A stretch of 64,000 nucleotides of DNA from Escherichia coli (lineage in GTDB: Bacteria > Pseudomonadota > Gammaproteobacteria > Enterobacterales > Enterobacteriaceae). Position numbers and translations under genes: made by a program. The stretch lies in the NCBI RefSeq assembly GCF_013315695.1, contig NZ_CP054353.1. One strand, given 5' to 3'. The notes beneath the pieces are model-generated. The model was not told the DNA's origin. It was given only the letters and a program-made list of their open reading frames with translations, and ran no database searches. Positions 33,815 through 50,039 of this stretch are shown here, in pieces; position 1 is the stretch's first letter; each line of letters begins with the position of its first letter.

Positions 33815-34996
33815 ATGTCTCATCGCCGCTCAACCGTTAAAGGCTCACTCTCCTTTGCCAACCCTACGGTTCGCGCCTGGTTATTCCAGATCCTTGCCGT
33901 TGTTGCTGTTGTCGGCATTGTTGGTTGGCTATTTCACAACACTGTGACGAATCTCAGTAATCGTGGCATTACTTCAGGTTTTGCCTTTCTGGATCGCGGC
34001 GCTGGCTTCGGTATTGTCCAGCATTTGATCGATTACCAGCAGGGTGATACCTACGGACGCGTTTTCATTGTTGGCTTACTCAATACGCTACTGGTTTCTG
34101 CATTGTGTATTGTATTCGCTTCTGTTCTGGGCTTCTTTATCGGTCTGGCGCGACTTTCGGATAACTGGCTGCTACGAAAGCTTTCCACAATTTATATTGA
34201 GATCTTCCGTAATATTCCGCCGCTGCTGCAAATCTTCTTCTGGTACTTTGCCGTGCTGCGCAATTTGCCCGGACCACGCCAGGCAGTGAGTGCGTTTGAT
34301 CTGGCCTTTTTGAGCAATCGTGGGCTTTATATTCCGTCGCCGCAGCTGGGAGACGGATTTATTGCGTTTATCCTGGCTGTTGTTATGGCTATAGTCCTTT
34401 CTGTTGGGCTATTCCTCTTTAATAAAACATACCAGATAAAAACCGGACAACTGCGCCGCACCTGGCCGATCGCCGCAGTGTTGATCATAGGTTTGCCTTT
34501 ACTGGCGCAATGGCTTTTTGGCGCAGCACTACACTGGGATGTCCCAGCCTTACGAGGCTTTAACTTCCGTGGCGGGATGGTTTTAATTCCTGAACTGGCA
34601 GCCTTAACGCTGGCACTTTCGGTTTATACCTCTGCATTTATCGCCGAGATTATCCGCGCTGGGATCCAGGCAGTGCCTTATGGTCAACATGAAGCGGCTC
34701 GGTCACTGGGATTACCCAATCCGGTTACGCTACGCCAGGTCATTATTCCCCAGGCACTGCGAGTGATCATTCCGCCGTTAACCAGCCAGTATCTCAACAT
34801 CGTCAAAAACTCCTCTCTTGCCGCCGCTATTGGCTATCCGGATATGGTTTCGCTGTTTGCTGGCACCGTGCTGAACCAGACGGGGCAAGCCATCGAGACG
34901 ATAGCCATGACCATGTCGGTCTATCTGATTATCAGCCTGACTATCTCGCTGCTGATGAATATCTATAACCGCCGCATCGCGATCGTTGAACGCTAA
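33815..34996 (+). CDS. yhdX: ABC amino-acid transporter permease
   Basis: Translation MSHRRSTVKGSLSFANPTVRAWLFQILAVVAVVGIVGW..., polytopic membrane protein. Confidence 0.9.
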   Translation: MSHRRSTVKGSLSFANPTVRAWLFQILAVVAVVGIVGWLFHNTVTNLSNRGITSGFAFLDRGAGFGIVQHLIDYQQGDTYGRVFIVGLLNTLLVSALCIVFASVLGFFIGLARLSDNWLLRKLSTIYIEIFRNIPPLLQIFFWYFAVLRNLPGPRQAVSAFDLAFLSNRGLYIPSPQLGDGFIAFILAVVMAIVLSVGLFLFNKTYQIKTGQLRRTWPIAAVLIIGLPLLAQWLFGAALHWDVPALRGFNFRGGMVLIPELAALTLALSVYTSAFIAEIIRAGIQAVPYGQHEAARSLGLPNPVTLRQVIIPQALRVIIPPLTSQYLNIVKNSSLAAAIGYPDMVSLFAGTVLNQTGQAIETIAMTMSVYLIISLTISLLMNIYNRRIAIVER

Positions 34997-35005
34997 GGAG
35001 TCATG

Positions 35006-36109
35006 ATGACAAAAGTATTGCTGTCTCATCCCCCGCGCCCGGCGAGCCATAACTCAAGCCGCGCGATGGTGTGGGTGCGAAAAAATCTGTTCTCCAGCTG
35101 GAGCAATAGCCTGCTGACTATTGGCTGCATATGGTTGATGTGGGAACTGATCCCACCGTTGCTGAACTGGGCATTTTTGCAGGCTAACTGGGTTGGCTCA
35201 ACGCGTGCCGACTGCACAAAAGCCGGTGCCTGTTGGGTCTTCATCCACGAACGATTTGGTCAGTTTATGTATGGGCTTTACCCACACGACCAACGCTGGC
35301 GAATTAACCTCGCATTACTGATTGGGCTTATGTCGATCGCACCAATGTTCTGGAAAATACTCCCGCATCGCGGTCGCTATATTGCGGTATGGGCGGTGAT
35401 TTACCCACTGATTGTCTGGTGGCTGATGTATGGCGGGTTTCTTGGTCTTGAGCGGGTTGAAACCCGGCAATGGGGCGGGCTGACGCTAACTTTAATTATT
35501 GCATCAGTTGGGATTGCGGGGGCGCTGCCGTGGGGGATCTTACTGGCGTTAGGTCGCCGCTCCCATATGCCGATTGTGCGTATCTTATCGGTCATTTTTA
35601 TCGAGTTCTGGCGCGGTGTACCGCTGATTACCGTTCTGTTTATGTCTTCGGTCATGCTGCCGTTGTTTATGGCAGAAGGCACCAGTATCGACAAATTGAT
35701 CCGCGCGCTGGTTGGCGTGATCCTGTTTCAGTCAGCATATGTTGCGGAAGTCGTGCGAGGCGGATTACAGGCGCTGCCTAAAGGGCAATATGAAGCGGCA
35801 GAGTCGCTGGCGTTGGGTTACTGGAAAACCCAGGGGCTGGTTATTCTGCCACAGGCGTTGAAGCTGGTGATTCCTGGGCTGGTAAATACCATCATCGCAC
35901 TTTTCAAAGATACCAGCCTGGTGATCATCATCGGGTTGTTCGATCTTTTCAGTAGCGTTCAGCAGGCAACCGTTGATCCCGCCTGGTTGGGTATGTCGAC
36001 GGAAGGGTATGTTTTCGCCGCACTGATCTACTGGATCTTCTGTTTCAGCATGTCACGTTATAGCCAACATCTGGAAAAACGTTTTAACACCGGGCGTACA
36101 CCGCATTGA
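35006..36109 (+). CDS. yhdY: ABC amino-acid transporter permease
   Basis: Translation [32 protein letters not shown]..., polytopic membrane protein. Confidence 0.9.
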   Translation: MTKVLLSHPPRPASHNSSRAMVWVRKNLFSSWSNSLLTIGCIWLMWELIPPLLNWAFLQANWVGSTRADCTKAGACWVFIHERFGQFMYGLYPHDQRWRINLALLIGLMSIAPMFWKILPHRGRYIAVWAVIYPLIVWWLMYGGFLGLERVETRQWGGLTLTLIIASVGIAGALPWGILLALGRRSHMPIVRILSVIFIEFWRGVPLITVLFMSSVMLPLFMAEGTSIDKLIRALVGVILFQSAYVAEVVRGGLQALPKGQYEAAESLALGYWKTQGLVILPQALKLVIPGLVNTIIALFKDTSLVIIIGLFDLFSSVQQATVDPAWLGMSTEGYVFAALIYWIFCFSMSRYSQHLEKRFNTGRTPH

Positions 36110-36116
36110 GGACACT

Positions 36117-36875
36117 ATGAGCCAAATTTTACTGCAACCTGCTAACGCGATGATTACGCTGGAAAACGTCAATAAATGGTATGGGCAATTCCATGTTTTG
36201 AAAAATATAAATTTAACCGTGCAACCGGGCGAACGGATCGTTCTGTGTGGCCCTTCTGGTTCCGGTAAATCGACAACCATTCGTTGTATTAATCATCTGG
36301 AAGAACACCAACAGGGACGGATCGTGGTAGATGGCATCGAGCTTAACGAAGATATTCGCAATATTGAGCGCGTCAGGCAGGAAGTGGGAATGGTCTTTCA
36401 GCATTTCAATCTCTTCCCTCATCTGACCGTTCTACAGAACTGTACCCTGGCACCGATTTGGGTACGCAAGATGCCTAAGAAAGAGGCTGAAGATCTGGCG
36501 TTGCATTACCTTGAGCGGGTGAGAATTGCCGAACATGCCCAGAAGTTTCCCGGACAGATTTCTGGTGGTCAGCAGCAACGCGTTGCCATAGCACGTTCAC
36601 TTTGTATGAAACCAAAGATCATGCTGTTTGACGAACCTACGTCTGCGCTCGATCCGGAGATGGTGAAAGAAGTGCTGGATACAATGATTGGGCTGGCGCA
36701 GTCAGGTATGACAATGTTGTGCGTAACGCACGAGATGGGGTTTGCGCGAACCGTCGCTGACAGGGTGATTTTTATGGATCGTGGGGAGATAGTGGAACAA
36801 GCTGCACCGGATGAGTTTTTTGCGCATCCTAAGTCAGAGCGTACGAGGGCATTTTTATCGCAGGTGATCCATTAA
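36117..36875 (+). CDS. yhdZ: ABC amino-acid transporter ATP-binding protein
   Basis: 252 aa with Walker [10 protein letters not shown], signature ISGGQQQR and Walker [12 protein letters not shown]. Confidence 0.93.
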   Translation: MSQILLQPANAMITLENVNKWYGQFHVLKNINLTVQPGERIVLCGPSGSGKSTTIRCINHLEEHQQGRIVVDGIELNEDIRNIERVRQEVGMVFQHFNLFPHLTVLQNCTLAPIWVRKMPKKEAEDLALHYLERVRIAEHAQKFPGQISGGQQQRVAIARSLCMKPKIMLFDEPTSALDPEMVKEVLDTMIGLAQSGMTMLCVTHEMGFARTVADRVIFMDRGEIVEQAAPDEFFAHPKSERTRAFLSQVIH

Positions 36876-36889
36876 TTGAATGTTAGTTC

Positions 36890-36932
36890 GAAAAGCAAAA
36901 AGGCCATCCTTTCGGATGGCCTTTCGCTTGAT
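36890..36932 (-). terminator. rrnD operon terminator (also positioned to terminate yhdZ on the other strand)
   Basis: ggccatcc tttc ggatggcc perfect hairpin flanked by A/T runs, immediately downstream of the distal 5S gene. Confidence 0.7.
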
Positions 36933-36935
36933 TTG

Positions 36936-37055
36936 ATGTCTGGCAGTTCCCTACTCTCGCATGGGGAGACCCCACACTACCATCGGCGCTACGGCGTTTC
37001 ACTTCTGAGTTCGGCATGGGGTCAGGTGGGACCACCGCGCTACTGCCGCCAGACA
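36936..37055 (-). rRNA. rrfF: 5S ribosomal RNA, distal copy of rrnD
   Basis: 120-nt reverse-complement match to E. coli 5S rRNA (…ccatgccgaactcagaagtgaaacgccgtagcgccgatggtagtgtggggtctccccatgcgagagtagggaactgccag…). Confidence 0.9.
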
Positions 37056-37092
37056 AATTCTTTTCTAATCTGCCGAACTTTAACCTAAAAAG

Positions 37093-37168
37093 TGGTGCTG
37101 ATACCCAGAGTCGAACTGGGGACCTCACCCTTACCAAGGGTGCGCTCTACCAACTGAGCCATATCAGC
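37093..37168 (-). tRNA. thrV: tRNA-Thr
   Basis: Reverse complement reads gctgatatggctcagttggtagagcgcacccttggtaagggtgaggtccccagttcgactctgggtatcagcacca (anticodon GGT, CCA end encoded). Confidence 0.9.
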
Positions 37169-37180
37169 ACGCTAAATTTG

Positions 37181-37300
37181 ATGCCTGGCAGTTCCCTACT
37201 CTCGCATGGGGAGACCCCACACTACCATCGGCGCTACGGCGTTTCACTTCTGAGTTCGGCATGGGGTCAGGTGGGACCACCGCGCTAAGGCCGCCAGGCA
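37181..37300 (-). rRNA. rrfD: 5S ribosomal RNA, proximal copy of rrnD
   Basis: Second 120-nt 5S copy; reverse complement begins tgcctggcggcc and ends ctgccaggcat. Confidence 0.92.
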
Positions 37301-37394
37301 AATTCTGTTTATCAGACCACTTCTGCGTTCTGATTTAATCTGTTATCAAGCTTACTTATCGATGTCTCTTCCGCCAAAACATCTTCGGCGTTGT

Positions 37395-40298
<2,904 letters not shown>

Positions 40299-40481
40299 TC
40301 ACAACCCGAAGATGTTTCTTTCGACTCATCATCGTGTTGCGAAAATTTGAGAGACTCACGAACAACTTTCGTTGTTCAGTGTTTCAATTTTCAGCTTGAT
40401 CCAGATTTTTAAAGAGCAAAACTTCGCAGTGAACCTTTGCAGGTACACTCTGAAGTATTTTTTATTTAATCACTACAGAGA

Positions 40482-40557
40482 TGGTGGAGCTATGCGGGAT
40501 CGAACCGCAGACCTCCTGCGTGCAAAGCAGGCGCTCTCCCAGCTGAGCTATAGCCCC
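40482..40557 (-). tRNA. alaU: tRNA-Ala (UGC) in the 16S-23S spacer
   Basis: Reverse complement reads ggggctatagctcagctgggagagcgcctgctttgcacgcaggaggtctgcggttcgatcccgcatagctccacca. Confidence 0.92.
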
Positions 40558-40599
40558 ATAACATGTAGTTAAAACCTCTTCAAATTTGCGGTGCAAATT

Positions 40600-40676
<77 letters not shown>

Positions 40677-40744
40677 GTAGAGGTTTTACTGCTCATTTTC
40701 ATCAGACAATCTGTGTGAGCACTTCAAAGTACGCTTCTTTAAGG

Positions 40745-42286
<1,542 letters not shown>

Positions 42287-42413
42287 AAAAGTTTGATGCT
42301 CAAAGAATTAAACTTCGTAATGAATTACGTGTTCACTCTTGAGACTTGGTATTCATTTTTCGTCTTGCGACGTTAAGAATCCGTATCTTCGAGTGCCCAC
42401 ACAGATTGTCTGA

Positions 42414-42430
42414 TAAATTGTTAAAGAGCA
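42414..42430 (-). promoter_or_regulatory. rrn leader boxA antitermination element
   Basis: Reverse complement is tgctctttaacaattta, the conserved rrn boxA, in the leader between the P2 promoter and the 16S 5' end. Confidence 0.65.
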
Positions 42431-42470
42431 GTTGCGACGCGGCTTTCAGCTCACTGTCGCGAGGTGGCGT

Positions 42471-42498
42471 ATATTACGCTTTCCTCTTTCAGAGTCAA
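42471..42498 (-). promoter_or_regulatory. rrnD P2 promoter (-35 ttgact, 16-bp spacer, -10 taatat)
   Basis: Reverse complement of 42471..42498 reads ttgact ctgaaagaggaaagcg taatat, followed by a GC-rich discriminator (acgccacc). Confidence 0.6.
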
Positions 42499-42577
42499 CC
42501 CTGAATTTCAGGATTTTTTCTCTTTGTTGTTACGCCCACTTGTGAAGTGTTTCACGTTGTCGTCTCAACGGAGGCGC

Positions 42578-42605
42578 ATTATAGGGATCCCAATTTTTTG
42601 CACAA
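42578..42605 (-). promoter_or_regulatory. rrnD P1 promoter (-35 ttgtgc, 16-bp spacer, -10 tataat, GC-rich discriminator gcgcctcc)
   Basis: Reverse complement reads cttgtgcaaaaaattgggatccctataatgcgcctccgttg; an AT-rich upstream region follows toward yrdA, as expected for the UP element and Fis sites. Confidence 0.6.
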
Positions 42606-42757
42606 GTACTTTTTTGATCTTTTTTTCTGTTTGTTGCTTTTTCACCCTTTTTGCTGCATTCGCACACAAAACGGTGCTTTTTTGCATGCTAAAAGACTTG
42701 CACAAGGCCAATAATGCACCCAAAGTCATTAGTAAATCATTTATTGTTGAGGTAATT

Positions 42758-43312
42758 ATGTCTGATGTTTTACGCCCATACCGCGATCTTTTTCCACAAA
42801 TCGGTCAGCGCGTAATGATCGACGATAGCAGCGTCGTGATTGGTGACGTTCGTCTGGCTGATGATGTGGGGATCTGGCCGCTCGTTGTGATTCGTGGAGA
42901 TGTACATTATGTACAGATCGGAGCACGCACCAATATCCAGGATGGCAGTATGTTGCATGTCACTCATAAATCCTCGTACAACCCAGATGGCAACCCATTA
43001 ACCATTGGCGAAGATGTCACTGTTGGTCACAAGGTGATGCTCCACGGCTGCACCATTGGCAATCGAGTTTTGGTTGGGATGGCATCAATTTTACTTGATG
43101 GTGCAATAGTAGAAGATGATGTGATGATTGGTGCGGGTAGCCTGGTCCCACAAAATAAACGGCTGGAGAGCGGATATCTGTATCTCGGTAGCCCCGTCAA
43201 ACAGATCCGCCCGTTAAGTGATGAAGAGAAGGCCGGGTTACGCTATTCCGCGAATAACTACGTGAAATGGAAGGACGAATATCTGGATCAAGGTAACCAG
43301 ACCCAACCTTGA
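42758..43312 (+). CDS. yrdA: Hexapeptide-repeat (gamma-carbonic-anhydrase-like) protein YrdA
   Basis: Translation MSDVLRPYRDLFPQIGQRVMIDDSSVVIGDVRLADDVGIWPLVVIRGDVHYVQIG... (184 aa); the ORF-track start at 42464 is a spurious upstream extension through the rrnD promoters. Confidence 0.9.
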   Translation: MSDVLRPYRDLFPQIGQRVMIDDSSVVIGDVRLADDVGIWPLVVIRGDVHYVQIGARTNIQDGSMLHVTHKSSYNPDGNPLTIGEDVTVGHKVMLHGCTIGNRVLVGMASILLDGAIVEDDVMIGAGSLVPQNKRLESGYLYLGSPVKQIRPLSDEEKAGLRYSANNYVKWKDEYLDQGNQTQP

Positions 43313-43545
43313 TCATCTTCACTTTGTTCCTGAATTAAGTTTTCCGCTTCTTCTTCCAGGTCCCAGCGATGCTGACGAAAACTCGCTAACCACTGTTCTG
43401 GCGTATCTCCAGTAAAGCGATACGCCAGACTCTCGCCAGAGATCGCACATGTCAGTTTCATACCATTCACGAGAGCGGGAAAACATACACATTGTTTATT
43501 CTCGTCCCACTCTTCCCTATCCGGAAACTGGATGGCCTGATTCAC
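43288..43545 (-). CDS. yrdB: Small conserved protein YrdB
   Basis: 85-aa acidic protein immediately downstream of, and overlapping, aroE; matches remembered YrdB. Confidence 0.8.
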   Translation of the reverse strand: MNQAIQFPDREEWDENKQCVCFPALVNGMKLTCAISGESLAYRFTGDTPEQWLASFRQHRWDLEEEAENLIQEQSEDDQGWVWLP

Positions 43546-44360
43546 GCTGACAATTCCTGTTGCAATAGTTTGATGACCGGTTCTACATCAGGCAGAACGC
43601 CATGCCAAAGAAGGAAGGCATGAGCCGCCTGTGCCACCAGCATTCCTAAACCATCAGCATTACGCTTTGAGCCTCGCTGCTCACACCATGCCAGAAAAGG
43701 AGTTTTTCCTTTCTGATAGAACATGTCATAGCAATAAATGCCTGAATGAATGAGCGATGCCGGGATCGCGGGAATATCACCACTGATGCCACTGGATGTT
43801 GCATTAATAATGAGATCGAACTCATGCCCCTCCAGTTCGTCCATACCCAACGCCTGAATACTGCCCGTGTGCGCAAACAATTTAGCCAACTCTTCCGCGC
43901 GGGATACCGTCCGATTAGTGATTGTCACCGCGCAGTCCAGAGAAAGGAGTGGAAGTAATACACCACGAGACGCCCCACCAGCGCCGATGAGTAGAATACG
44001 TAAACCAGGACGGATAAAAGACAGACGTTCCAGATCGCTTAACAAACCTATACCATCGGTATTGTCACCCAGCAGGCGTCCATCTTCTAACCGCTTGAGG
44101 GTATTAACAGCACCAGCCAACGCAGCCCGTTCAGTAAGCTCATCCGCTCTGGCAAAAGCCTCTTCTTTAAAAGGTACCGTCACATTCGCACCTTTACCAC
44201 CAGCACTAAAGAAAGCGTTCAGTGTGTTGATGAAATCATTGATGGGTGCCAACACGCGCCCATAGGGATGTTCAATATTCAGTTGCTGAGCAAATTGCTG
44301 ATGAATGAATGGCGATTTGCTGTGGGCTATCGGATTACCAAAAACAGCATAGGTTTCCAT
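43542..44360 (-). CDS. aroE: Shikimate dehydrogenase
   Basis: Translation [39 protein letters not shown]... (272 aa), with NADP-binding GAGGASRG motif. Confidence 0.93.
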   Translation of the reverse strand: METYAVFGNPIAHSKSPFIHQQFAQQLNIEHPYGRVLAPINDFINTLNAFFSAGGKGANVTVPFKEEAFARADELTERAALAGAVNTLKRLEDGRLLGDNTDGIGLLSDLERLSFIRPGLRILLIGAGGASRGVLLPLLSLDCAVTITNRTVSRAEELAKLFAHTGSIQALGMDELEGHEFDLIINATSSGISGDIPAIPASLIHSGIYCYDMFYQKGKTPFLAWCEQRGSKRNADGLGMLVAQAAHAFLLWHGVLPDVEPVIKLLQQELSA

Positions 44361-44364
44361 TATG

Positions 44365-44937
44365 TTACCCCTGTCGAAACAGTTCACCCGTCAGGGCATC
44401 GCGGATTTCTGAAGGATTTAAACGCCCCCCCGTTTCACCAGGCACAACCGGGAACGCCGCGCCAAATTGTGCGCGAACTTCGTCTACTGTTCGACAAGGC
44501 GGCAATCCACTCAAGTTGGCACTGGTAGAAACCAGCGGTTTACCATAAGCCTGGCACAAAGCAACCACCAACGGATGGTCGGTGACTCGTACAGCAAGCG
44601 AATCAAAGCGGCCCGTCAACCAGCGCGGTGTTGTCGCAGGCGCGGGAAAAACAAAGGTGACAGGACCTGGCCAGCGAGAAAATATAGTTTCACGCTGCGC
44701 GTCAGTCAGCATGGTGTCATCAATATAGGGTTTAAGCTGCTCGTAATTTGCGGCGATTAGAATCAGCCCCTTATCAACCGGACGCTGTTTTAACTCCAAC
44801 AGTCGCATCACTGCTGTTTCGCTATCAGGATCGCACCCGACACCGAAAACGGCTTCCGTTGGATAGGCGATGACACGTTCTTCATTGAGGACATCTATCG
44901 CAGCTGCGATAGCGTCTCCTTGCAGGTTATTATTCAC
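44365..44937 (-). CDS. tsaC: tRNA threonylcarbamoyladenosine biosynthesis protein TsaC (YrdC/Sua5 family)
   Basis: Translation ...[42 protein letters not shown]... (190 aa from a GTG at 44937). Confidence 0.9.
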
Positions 44938-44941
44938 GTTA

Positions 44942-45484
44942 TTATTCCGCCGAAACCGGCTTTCCACATTGTTTACTGGCACAAAAGTGTTTTACACCCT
45001 GCGCGGTTTTCTTTTCGATGAGTAGCGGATAATGACACTCAGGGCATTCTCCAGCTATGGGTTTGAAGTTAATGGCAAATTGACACTCCGGGTAGCGATC
45101 ACAGGAGTGAAACGTTTTGCCATAACGGGTGCGGCGCTGGACCAGATGGCCCGTCCGGCATTGGGGGCATGTAATTGCTGTTTCGTCCGGTTTATCGATA
45201 AGTTCAGTATGTTCGCATTCAGGGTAGTTACTGCAACCAATAAACATACCAAAGCGTCCCTGGCGTAATACCAGATTTGCGCCACATGCGGGGCAAACCT
45301 GCCCCTCCAGAACTTTGACGATATGTCCATCCGCTGAAGATTTCAGAGGACGGACGTAGTCACACGCCGGATACTGTGAGCATCCAAGAAACGGACCGTG
45401 TTTCCCGGATCGAATAACCAGTTCAGCCCCGCACTTTGGGCAGGACTCATTATTACGCACCGTGAACAGTGCTGATTTCGCCAT
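44942..45484 (-). CDS. yrdD: Zinc-ribbon DNA-binding protein YrdD (topoisomerase I C-terminal-domain-like)
   Basis: 180 aa with repeated Cys-x2-Cys zinc-ribbon motifs (CPKCGAEL..., CPACGANL..., CPQCRTGH..., CPECHYPL...). Confidence 0.88.
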   Translation of the reverse strand: MAKSALFTVRNNESCPKCGAELVIRSGKHGPFLGCSQYPACDYVRPLKSSADGHIVKVLEGQVCPACGANLVLRQGRFGMFIGCSNYPECEHTELIDKPDETAITCPQCRTGHLVQRRTRYGKTFHSCDRYPECQFAINFKPIAGECPECHYPLLIEKKTAQGVKHFCASKQCGKPVSAE

Positions 45485-45512
45485 AACAACTTATGCTGAA
45501 TTAAAGAAATGA

Positions 45513-45986
45513 TTAATGCAGCATACCTTCATTCACTTCAAAGAGTAATTCTTCCATTTGCTGGTACGCATTTTCGCAGCCCGGAATATTGAACAACACC
45601 ATCAGGATTACCCATTTCAGGTCTTCCAGGTCGAACTCTGCGGTATCCAGCGCGAGCACTCGCTCTATCACCATTTCACGGGTTTCAAGGTTAAGCACCT
45701 GAATTTGCTCAAGGAAAAGCAGAAAACCACGACAGCTGGCATCCAGCCTTTCACACTCTTCAGGGGTATAAATACGCATGGAGAGTGGATCAGAGGCCAG
45801 TTGCATCGGTTCTGCCAGTCCTTCCTGATAATCCGCAAGCTTTTCCAGCCAAAGCAGGGCATTGTAGATATCTTCTCGATCAAATCCTGCGTCGGTAAGA
45901 TCCTGTTCAAGTTTGTCTTGATCCACACGCAACTCAGCTTCTGTGTGAATATAGGTTTCAAACAAATACATTAGTACGTCGAACAT
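45513..45986 (-). CDS. smg: Smg protein (DUF494)
   Basis: 157-aa translation [54 protein letters not shown]... Confidence 0.9.
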
Positions 45987-47082
45987 GGCATGCCCTCCTC
46001 AATCGGACATAGCCGCCGGGTACAGCTGCGATCCATCCTGCTAACTCCAGTTCGAGTAGTTGAGTTACTACCTCTGGCACAGGTTGGCCGGCACGTTCAG
46101 CGACGACGTCAACAGGTGTTACCTCATCTCCTACGTTAGCCAGGAGCTCAGGAAATGGCAATGCCACGTCTTCCTGATCTGGTGAATAAAATGAATTTTC
46201 AGGGGCGTCTGGCAACCAGTGCAATCCAAATTGCAAGTTTTCCAGAATTTCTTCCGGTTCCGTCACAAGAATCGCACCTTGTTTTATTAACCAGTGAGGC
46301 CCTTCGCTTCCCGGATTCCCTAATGGACCCGGCAAGGCAAAAACTTCACGCCCCTGCTCAAGCGCACAACGTGCTGTCACCAGCGAACCACTGCGCAAAG
46401 CCGCTTCCACCACCAGTACACCTTTACTTAGACCACTGATAATGCGATTTCTTCGTGGGAAATTGTAAGCAAGGGGAGGAACATCGAGGGGAAATTCCGA
46501 GACAAGAGCCCCACCATGTTCAAGCAAACTGGTAGCCAGTCGGGCATGGCGACGCGGATGAATGGTATTAAGTCCATTCCCTAATACAGCAATGCTGACG
46601 CCATTTACCTGTAAGGCCGCTTTATGCGCCACACCATCGATTCCACGCGCCAGTCCACTCGTAATTGTCACTCCACGCGTCGCCAGAGTTTCGCAAAATA
46701 ATCGTCCCCAGCGTTCGCCATACCATGAATGCGCCCGACTCCCCACTACGGCAAGCTGAAATGAATGCAGCGCGTGCAGTTCTCCTTCAACAAACAGTGC
46801 GCCGGGGTAATCTGTCGTCGCAAGAAGTTGAGGAGGATAAAATTCGCTGTCCGCAGGAATTAAATGATGGTTGGGTTGCTCCAACCAAGAAAGTGAGCTT
46901 TCGATACTCTTTCGCGGAAATGAAAGAAAGCGTTGTGCCTGCCGCAATGTAAGCCCAGTTTGCTGCAATACAACCGCATCAATATGCGACTGTTTTGCCA
47001 GCCAGTGAGCTATACGGACCATATCATCGCCGTACAAGCTGCTGATGCTCATTAAACGCAGCCAAATTTCTGTATCGACCAT
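45958..47082 (-). CDS. dprA: DNA-protecting protein DprA (Smf)
   Basis: 374-aa translation with Rossmann-like DprA core (…[60 protein letters not shown]…). Confidence 0.92.
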
Positions 47083-47211
47083 CCTTATCTCCCTGCCATA
47101 AGCAGCCTTAGCAATCTTTGCGATTGGTCAGTGATGCTGTCAATCAGAGGGGGATTTGTCTAGAATAGAAGAAATAATCTTTCTAACTCCTGAACACATC
47201 TCTGGAGATTT

Positions 47212-47721
47212 ATGTCAGTTTTGCAAGTGTTACATATTCCGGACGAGCGGCTTCGCAAAGTTGCTAAACCGGTAGAAGAAGTGAATGCAGAAATTCAGCG
47301 TATCGTCGATGATATGTTCGAGACGATGTACGCAGAAGAAGGTATTGGCCTGGCGGCAACCCAGGTCGATATCCATCAACGTATCATTGTTATTGATGTT
47401 TCGGAAAACCGTGACGAACGGCTGGTGTTAATCAATCCGGAGCTTTTAGAAAAAAGCGGCGAAACAGGCATTGAAGAAGGATGCCTGTCGATCCCTGAAC
47501 AACGTGCTTTAGTGCCACGCGCAGAGAAAGTTAAAATTCGCGCCCTGGACCGCGACGGTAAACCATTTGAACTGGAAGCAGAGGGTCTGTTAGCCATCTG
47601 TATTCAGCATGAGATGGATCACCTGGTCGGCAAACTGTTTATGGATTATCTGTCACCGCTGAAACAACAACGTATTCGTCAGAAAGTTGAAAAACTGGAT
47701 CGTCTGAAAGCCCGGGCTTAA
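47212..47721 (+). CDS. def: Peptide deformylase
   Basis: 169 aa with the three deformylase motifs [14 protein letters not shown] and HEMDHLVG. Confidence 0.97.
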
Positions 47722-47735
47722 GGATAAGAACTAAC

Positions 47736-48683
47736 GTGTCAGAATCACTACGTATTATTTTTGCGGGTACACCTGACTTTGCAGCGCGTCATCTCGACGC
47801 GCTGTTGTCTTCTGGTCATAACGTCGTTGGCGTGTTCACCCAGCCAGACCGACCGGCAGGACGCGGTAAAAAACTGATGCCCAGCCCGGTTAAAGTTCTG
47901 GCTGAGGAAAAAGGTCTGCCCGTTTTTCAACCGGTTTCCCTGCGTCCACAAGAAAACCAGCAACTGGTCGCCGATCTACAGGCTGATGTTATGGTTGTCG
48001 TCGCCTATGGCTTAATTCTGCCTAAAGCCGTGCTGGAGATGCCGCGTCTTGGCTGTATCAACGTTCATGGTTCACTGCTGCCACGCTGGCGCGGTGCTGC
48101 ACCAATCCAACGCTCACTATGGGCGGGTGATGCAGAAACTGGTGTGACCATTATGCAAATGGATGTTGGTTTAGACACCGGTGACATGCTCTATAAGCTC
48201 TCCTGCCCGATTACTGCAGAAGATACCAGTGGTACGCTGTACGACAAGCTGGCAGAGCTTGGCCCACAAGGGCTTATCACCACGTTGAAACAATTGGCAG
48301 ACGGCACGGCGAAACCAGAAGTTCAGGACGAAACTCTTGTCACTTACGCCGAGAAGTTGAGTAAAGAAGAAGCGCGTATTGACTGGTCACTTTCGGCAGC
48401 ACAGCTTGAACGCTGCATTCGCGCTTTCAATCCATGGCCAATGAGCTGGCTGGAAATTGAAGGACAGCCGGTTAAAGTCTGGAAAGCATCGGTCATTGAT
48501 ACGGCAACCAACGCTGCACCAGGAACGATCCTTGAAGCCAACAAACAAGGCATTCAGGTTGCGACTGGTGATGGCATCCTGAACCTGCTCTCGTTACAAC
48601 CTGCGGGTAAGAAAGCGATGAGCGCGCAAGACCTCCTGAACTCTCGTCGGGAATGGTTTGTTCCGGGCAACCGTCTGGTCTGA
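47736..48683 (+). CDS. fmt: Methionyl-tRNA formyltransferase
   Basis: 315-aa translation [46 protein letters not shown]... with [15 protein letters not shown] motif. Confidence 0.97.
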   Translation: MSESLRIIFAGTPDFAARHLDALLSSGHNVVGVFTQPDRPAGRGKKLMPSPVKVLAEEKGLPVFQPVSLRPQENQQLVADLQADVMVVVAYGLILPKAVLEMPRLGCINVHGSLLPRWRGAAPIQRSLWAGDAETGVTIMQMDVGLDTGDMLYKLSCPITAEDTSGTLYDKLAELGPQGLITTLKQLADGTAKPEVQDETLVTYAEKLSKEEARIDWSLSAAQLERCIRAFNPWPMSWLEIEGQPVKVWKASVIDTATNAAPGTILEANKQGIQVATGDGILNLLSLQPAGKKAMSAQDLLNSRREWFVPGNRLV

Positions 48684-48728
48684 TAGTCCACTCTTCTAAG
48701 CCCGGTCTTGCCGGGCATTTTTATACTT

Positions 48729-50018
48729 ATGAAAAAACAACGTAATTTACGTAGCATGGCGGCCCAGGCCGTTGAACAAGTCGTCGAGCAAGGGCAATCA
48801 TTAAGCAACATTCTGCCACCGCTCCAGCAAAAAGTTTCCGATAAAGACAAAGCACTTCTTCAAGAGTTGTGCTTTGGCGTACTGCGTACGCTTTCACAGT
48901 TAGACTGGCTGATTAATAAGTTAATGGCCCGTCCGATGACCGGCAAACAGCGCACTGTGCATTACCTGATTATGGTTGGTTTGTATCAACTGCTTTATAC
49001 CCGCATTCCACCTCATGCCGCGCTGGCTGAAACGGTTGAAGGCGCAGTTGCAATTAAGCGCCCGCAACTTAAGGGATTGATTAACGGTGTATTACGTCAG
49101 TTCCAGCGTCAGCAAGATGAGTTATTAGCCGAGTTTAATGCCAGTGATGCACGTTATCTGCATCCTTCCTGGTTGCTGAAGCGTCTGCAAAAGGCGTATC
49201 CCGAGCAGTGGCAATCCATCGTCGAAGCCAATAACCAGCGTCCGCCAATGTGGCTGCGCGTTAATCGTACGCATCATTCCCGCGACAGCTGGCTTGCATT
49301 GCTGGATGAAGCAGGAATGAAAGGTTTCCCGCATGCGGATTACCCTGATGCTGTACAGCTGGAAACACCTGCACCTGTTCATGCGCTACCCGGTTTTGAA
49401 GAAGGATGGGTTACCGTTCAGGATGCTTCAGCACAAGGTTGCATGACCTGGCTTGCTCCACAAAATGGTGAACACATTCTGGATCTTTGCGCTGCCCCCG
49501 GCGGTAAAACAACGCATATTCTTGAGGTTGCTCCAGAGGCGCAAGTTCTGGCGGTCGATATTGATGAGCAGCGCCTCTCTCGCGTTTACGACAATTTAAA
49601 ACGCCTTGGTATGAAGGCAACCGTGAAACAAGGTGATGGCCGTTACCCTTCCCAATGGTGTGGCGAGCAACAGTTTGATCGCATTTTATTAGATGCGCCT
49701 TGTTCAGCAACCGGTGTGATTCGTCGCCATCCGGATATTAAATGGTTACGTCGCGATCGCGATATCCCGGAACTCGCGCAATTGCAGTCTGAAATTCTCG
49801 ACGCCATTTGGCCGCATTTAAAATCCGGTGGAACCCTGGTCTATGCCACCTGTTCAGTGTTACCGGAAGAGAATAGCCTGCAGATTAAAGCCTTTTTGCA
49901 ACGTACCGCTGATGCCGAACTTTGCGAAACAGGAACACCAGAGCAACCGGGTAAACAAAATCTGCCTGGTGCCGAAGAGGGCGACGGCTTCTTTTACGCT
50001 AAGCTAATCAAAAAGTGA
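48729..50018 (+). CDS. rsmB: 16S rRNA m5C967 methyltransferase
   Basis: Translation [27 protein letters not shown]... (429 aa) with NusB-like N-domain and SAM methyltransferase domain ([20 protein letters not shown]). Confidence 0.93.
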   Translation: MKKQRNLRSMAAQAVEQVVEQGQSLSNILPPLQQKVSDKDKALLQELCFGVLRTLSQLDWLINKLMARPMTGKQRTVHYLIMVGLYQLLYTRIPPHAALAETVEGAVAIKRPQLKGLINGVLRQFQRQQDELLAEFNASDARYLHPSWLLKRLQKAYPEQWQSIVEANNQRPPMWLRVNRTHHSRDSWLALLDEAGMKGFPHADYPDAVQLETPAPVHALPGFEEGWVTVQDASAQGCMTWLAPQNGEHILDLCAAPGGKTTHILEVAPEAQVLAVDIDEQRLSRVYDNLKRLGMKATVKQGDGRYPSQWCGEQQFDRILLDAPCSATGVIRRHPDIKWLRRDRDIPELAQLQSEILDAIWPHLKSGGTLVYATCSVLPEENSLQIKAFLQRTADAELCETGTPEQPGKQNLPGAEEGDGFFYAKLIKK

Positions 50019-50039
50019 TGAGATAACGGGTCGCGACTG

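Noticed and set aside
42464-42757. Long N-terminal extension of yrdA (ORF-track start 42464, 282 aa)
   Set aside because: The extension runs through the rrnD P1/P2 promoter sequences and is compositionally odd (Phe/Cys/Leu-rich); the remembered YrdA N-terminus MSDVLRPYRDLF starts at 42758.
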